A stretch of 50,296 nt of DNA, filler included, from Perkinsus olseni (lineage: Eukaryota), in NCBI GenBank assembly GCA_013115125.1. It is 2 parts of 2 records of this genome, joined end to end, with 100 filler letters (N's around TTAATTAATTAA, not from the genome) between each part and the next. Parts side by side here need not be neighbours in the genome. Positions count along the whole stretch, not along the records: positions 25,216 to 50,296 come from JABANN010000500.1; 1 more part is not named here. One strand, given 5' to 3'. This document shows, piece by piece, positions 48,435 to 50,296 of this stretch (position 1 is its first letter; the number at the start of each line of letters is the position of its first letter). Under the pieces are notes generated by a model. That model made no database searches, had not been told where the DNA came from, and saw nothing but the letters and a program-made list of their open reading frames with translations. The position numbers were made by a program, and so were the translations under genes.

Positions 48435-49681
48435 TCAACATGCCTTCAGCTGAGGGTTCTCCTTATGGAGTTCGCTTTCATACCACAATGGTATAATCTA
48501 TCTGTAAACAAATGTCCATAGCACAGTTATGGACAACACGAAGATCTCTCTCCGACTCTTCCATTGTATACATATTGATCACGTTGATTGATAACGAGCA
48601 CTAAAGACAGGACCACTCCAGGATGCTGTGGGCATCGACGATAGCCTTACTTCGATCCAGGAGAGGCTTCCGTACAATAATGAAGGGACTCTGCACAAGC
48701 CCATAAGCAGGCGGCATGAGACTCGACATCCGCCTGTATAACGAGAGTATAACTGACGCAAATGCTCCGATGCGGTCTAGCAGACGGGAAGTTACATTCT
48801 GCATCCGTGAAGGTACGGAGAATTGATGGATCGGCAAGCCAGACGGATCGTTCTAACCATTGACGTGTCCACCGGGTCCGTGAAGTCATCGATGGCCGGT
48901 GAATCGCTGTTGGCTAGAATGTCGTTATCCTTGTTAACGATGATACAATGGTCGGGAGAAGATAGCTGACTAGAATATGAGAGACTCCTAAACGCCGCCG
49001 TTGGTGACTCACCATTGAAATGATCCTCTTGTCTTCGTAAAAAGATGGCGGGTTAACGCGCGTCATAGGAGGGAAATTGCTTCCCTTAGTGTGCGGCAAA
49101 ATGGCATCATAGAAGGATAGGTAATCCACACCATTCTTGGCCGCAGTAAAACGGTCTAAGCCGATATAAAGTTGCTTCATTCCACTGGAGACTATCGCGC
49201 CCCAACACATTGGGCAGGGCTCGAATGAAGAGTAGATAACGCAGTCGGAGAGATCATGAGTCTCAAGACGACGCATAGCCAAGCGGATAGCATTCATCTG
49301 CAGCAATATACAGGAGCACTACTCGAGGCTGTGTTATTGTCATTACTTCAGCATGGCAAGTAGGATCGCAGTCCGAAAAGAACGTATTATGGGCAGAGCA
49401 TATGAGAACGCCGTCACGGACGATGGAGGCGCCGAAAGGTCCCCCTTCTTCGTTGAGGTTGACTCCTGATAAGGCGGAATTACAGGACGAGTGGCAGTCG
49501 ATGGTCCTACCACTCATCGCACTCATCACTGCAGCAGCCATGAAGCGTTCGTTGGTCGGTAGCTGATTGAAGGCATTACAATCTATCCTAGACGGCAGCT
49601 ACTCACCAAGGACCCATCTGCTGCGTCCGCTGGCTCAATGTCCTCGCTCACTTGATGACTGAAGGAAGCATTAGTTAACAT
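48435..49681 (-). pseudogene. Second guanine-deaminase-like paralog; last exon frameshifted (truncated allele or pseudogene)
   Basis: GGPFGA, DPTCHAEMNAIR and FEPCPMC are intact. The last exon aligns to paralog 1 only after removing three 4-nt insertions; premature stop at 48579-81. Confidence 0.7.
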
Positions 49682-50228
49682 TAGAAAATGATACGAAGAC
49701 TATACTGCAGAAATGTAAGAATGACGAATAAGTCGGCCGTCGGAGATGGAACACAGGCGCGTCACCTTGCACGCGTGACAAGAACGTGACGCAGATGGCA
49801 GCGACTGTTGGGGAATCTTATATTGACGATCTTGCCAGGCAAGATTTACCACTTTCCAACCGTCTGATGATGAGTGCTTTGCATCACGAGAGTCGTACAC
49901 GACGTGCAAACAATAACTTTCTTATCAGAAGTTCGGATGACGTAGTGTTTGGGTTATCATCAATTACCCCGCTATGCTCCTGCTAATGGTGTCGTGTTGC
50001 CCAACGATCCTTCGTCAAGGAACTGTTCATAATGGCTCGCTGAGGGTCGTCAATCACCGGCAGAGGACGGGGCCGTCACTCAGTAGTAGTTGTCGTTTCA
50101 ATGGATGGCAGCCTTCCCTTTATCACTCAACACTTTGCCCGATGTGCTGCTAATACGTATCGTTGCTCACCTCCGACTTAAAGATATCAGCATGCTCGTG
50201 GCGGCCTTCAGAAGCCCGGCCTGGACTA

Positions 50229-50296
50229 CACCATTTCCAGACCTACTTAGTAAAACCCCAGAGCAAATTAGTAAATCCCCAGAGCAATTTAATAAA
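50229..50296 (+). mobile_element. Terminus of another copy of the TA-flanked CACCATTTCC TIR element; runs off the window
   Basis: TA|CACCATTTCCAGACCTACTTAGTAAAACCCCAGAGCAA, identical to the end at 41890. Confidence 0.85.

Overview
Gene-dense eukaryotic genomic DNA with many short (about 40-60 nt) GT-AG introns. This architecture and the protein styles suggest an alveolate protist, most likely Perkinsus; that assignment is inference. There is an assembly gap (poly-G, N runs and a TTAATTAATTAA linker) at about 25.0-25.2 kb. Recognisable genes: a large LRR protein, a purple/tartrate-resistant acid phosphatase, a GH18 chitinase-like protein, a NASP/SHNi-TPR histone chaperone, tRNA-Gly(GCC), a GID8/TWA1-like LisH-CTLH-CRA protein, OST3/OST6, a CC2D1/Lgd-like protein, two tandem SR splicing factors, an intronless LPCAT/LPEAT acyltransferase, centrin and two tandem guanine/guanosine-deaminase-like genes. 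The most notable item is an almost intronless gene encoding a triple PabA-PabB-PabC fusion, which would put the whole chorismate-to-pABA pathway in one polypeptide; its true C-terminus appears only after removing a hidden terminal intron. Other points of interest: deaminases built from one active and one dead CDA domain; several transposon-derived insertions (Harbinger, hAT, a TA-flanked TIR element) inside introns, some of which collapse back to normal size when the insert is removed; a candidate poison exon in an SR gene; and tRNA 3'-half/B-box remnants just upstream of consecutive genes. Exon structures were read by eye, so boundaries of hypothetical genes are approximate.
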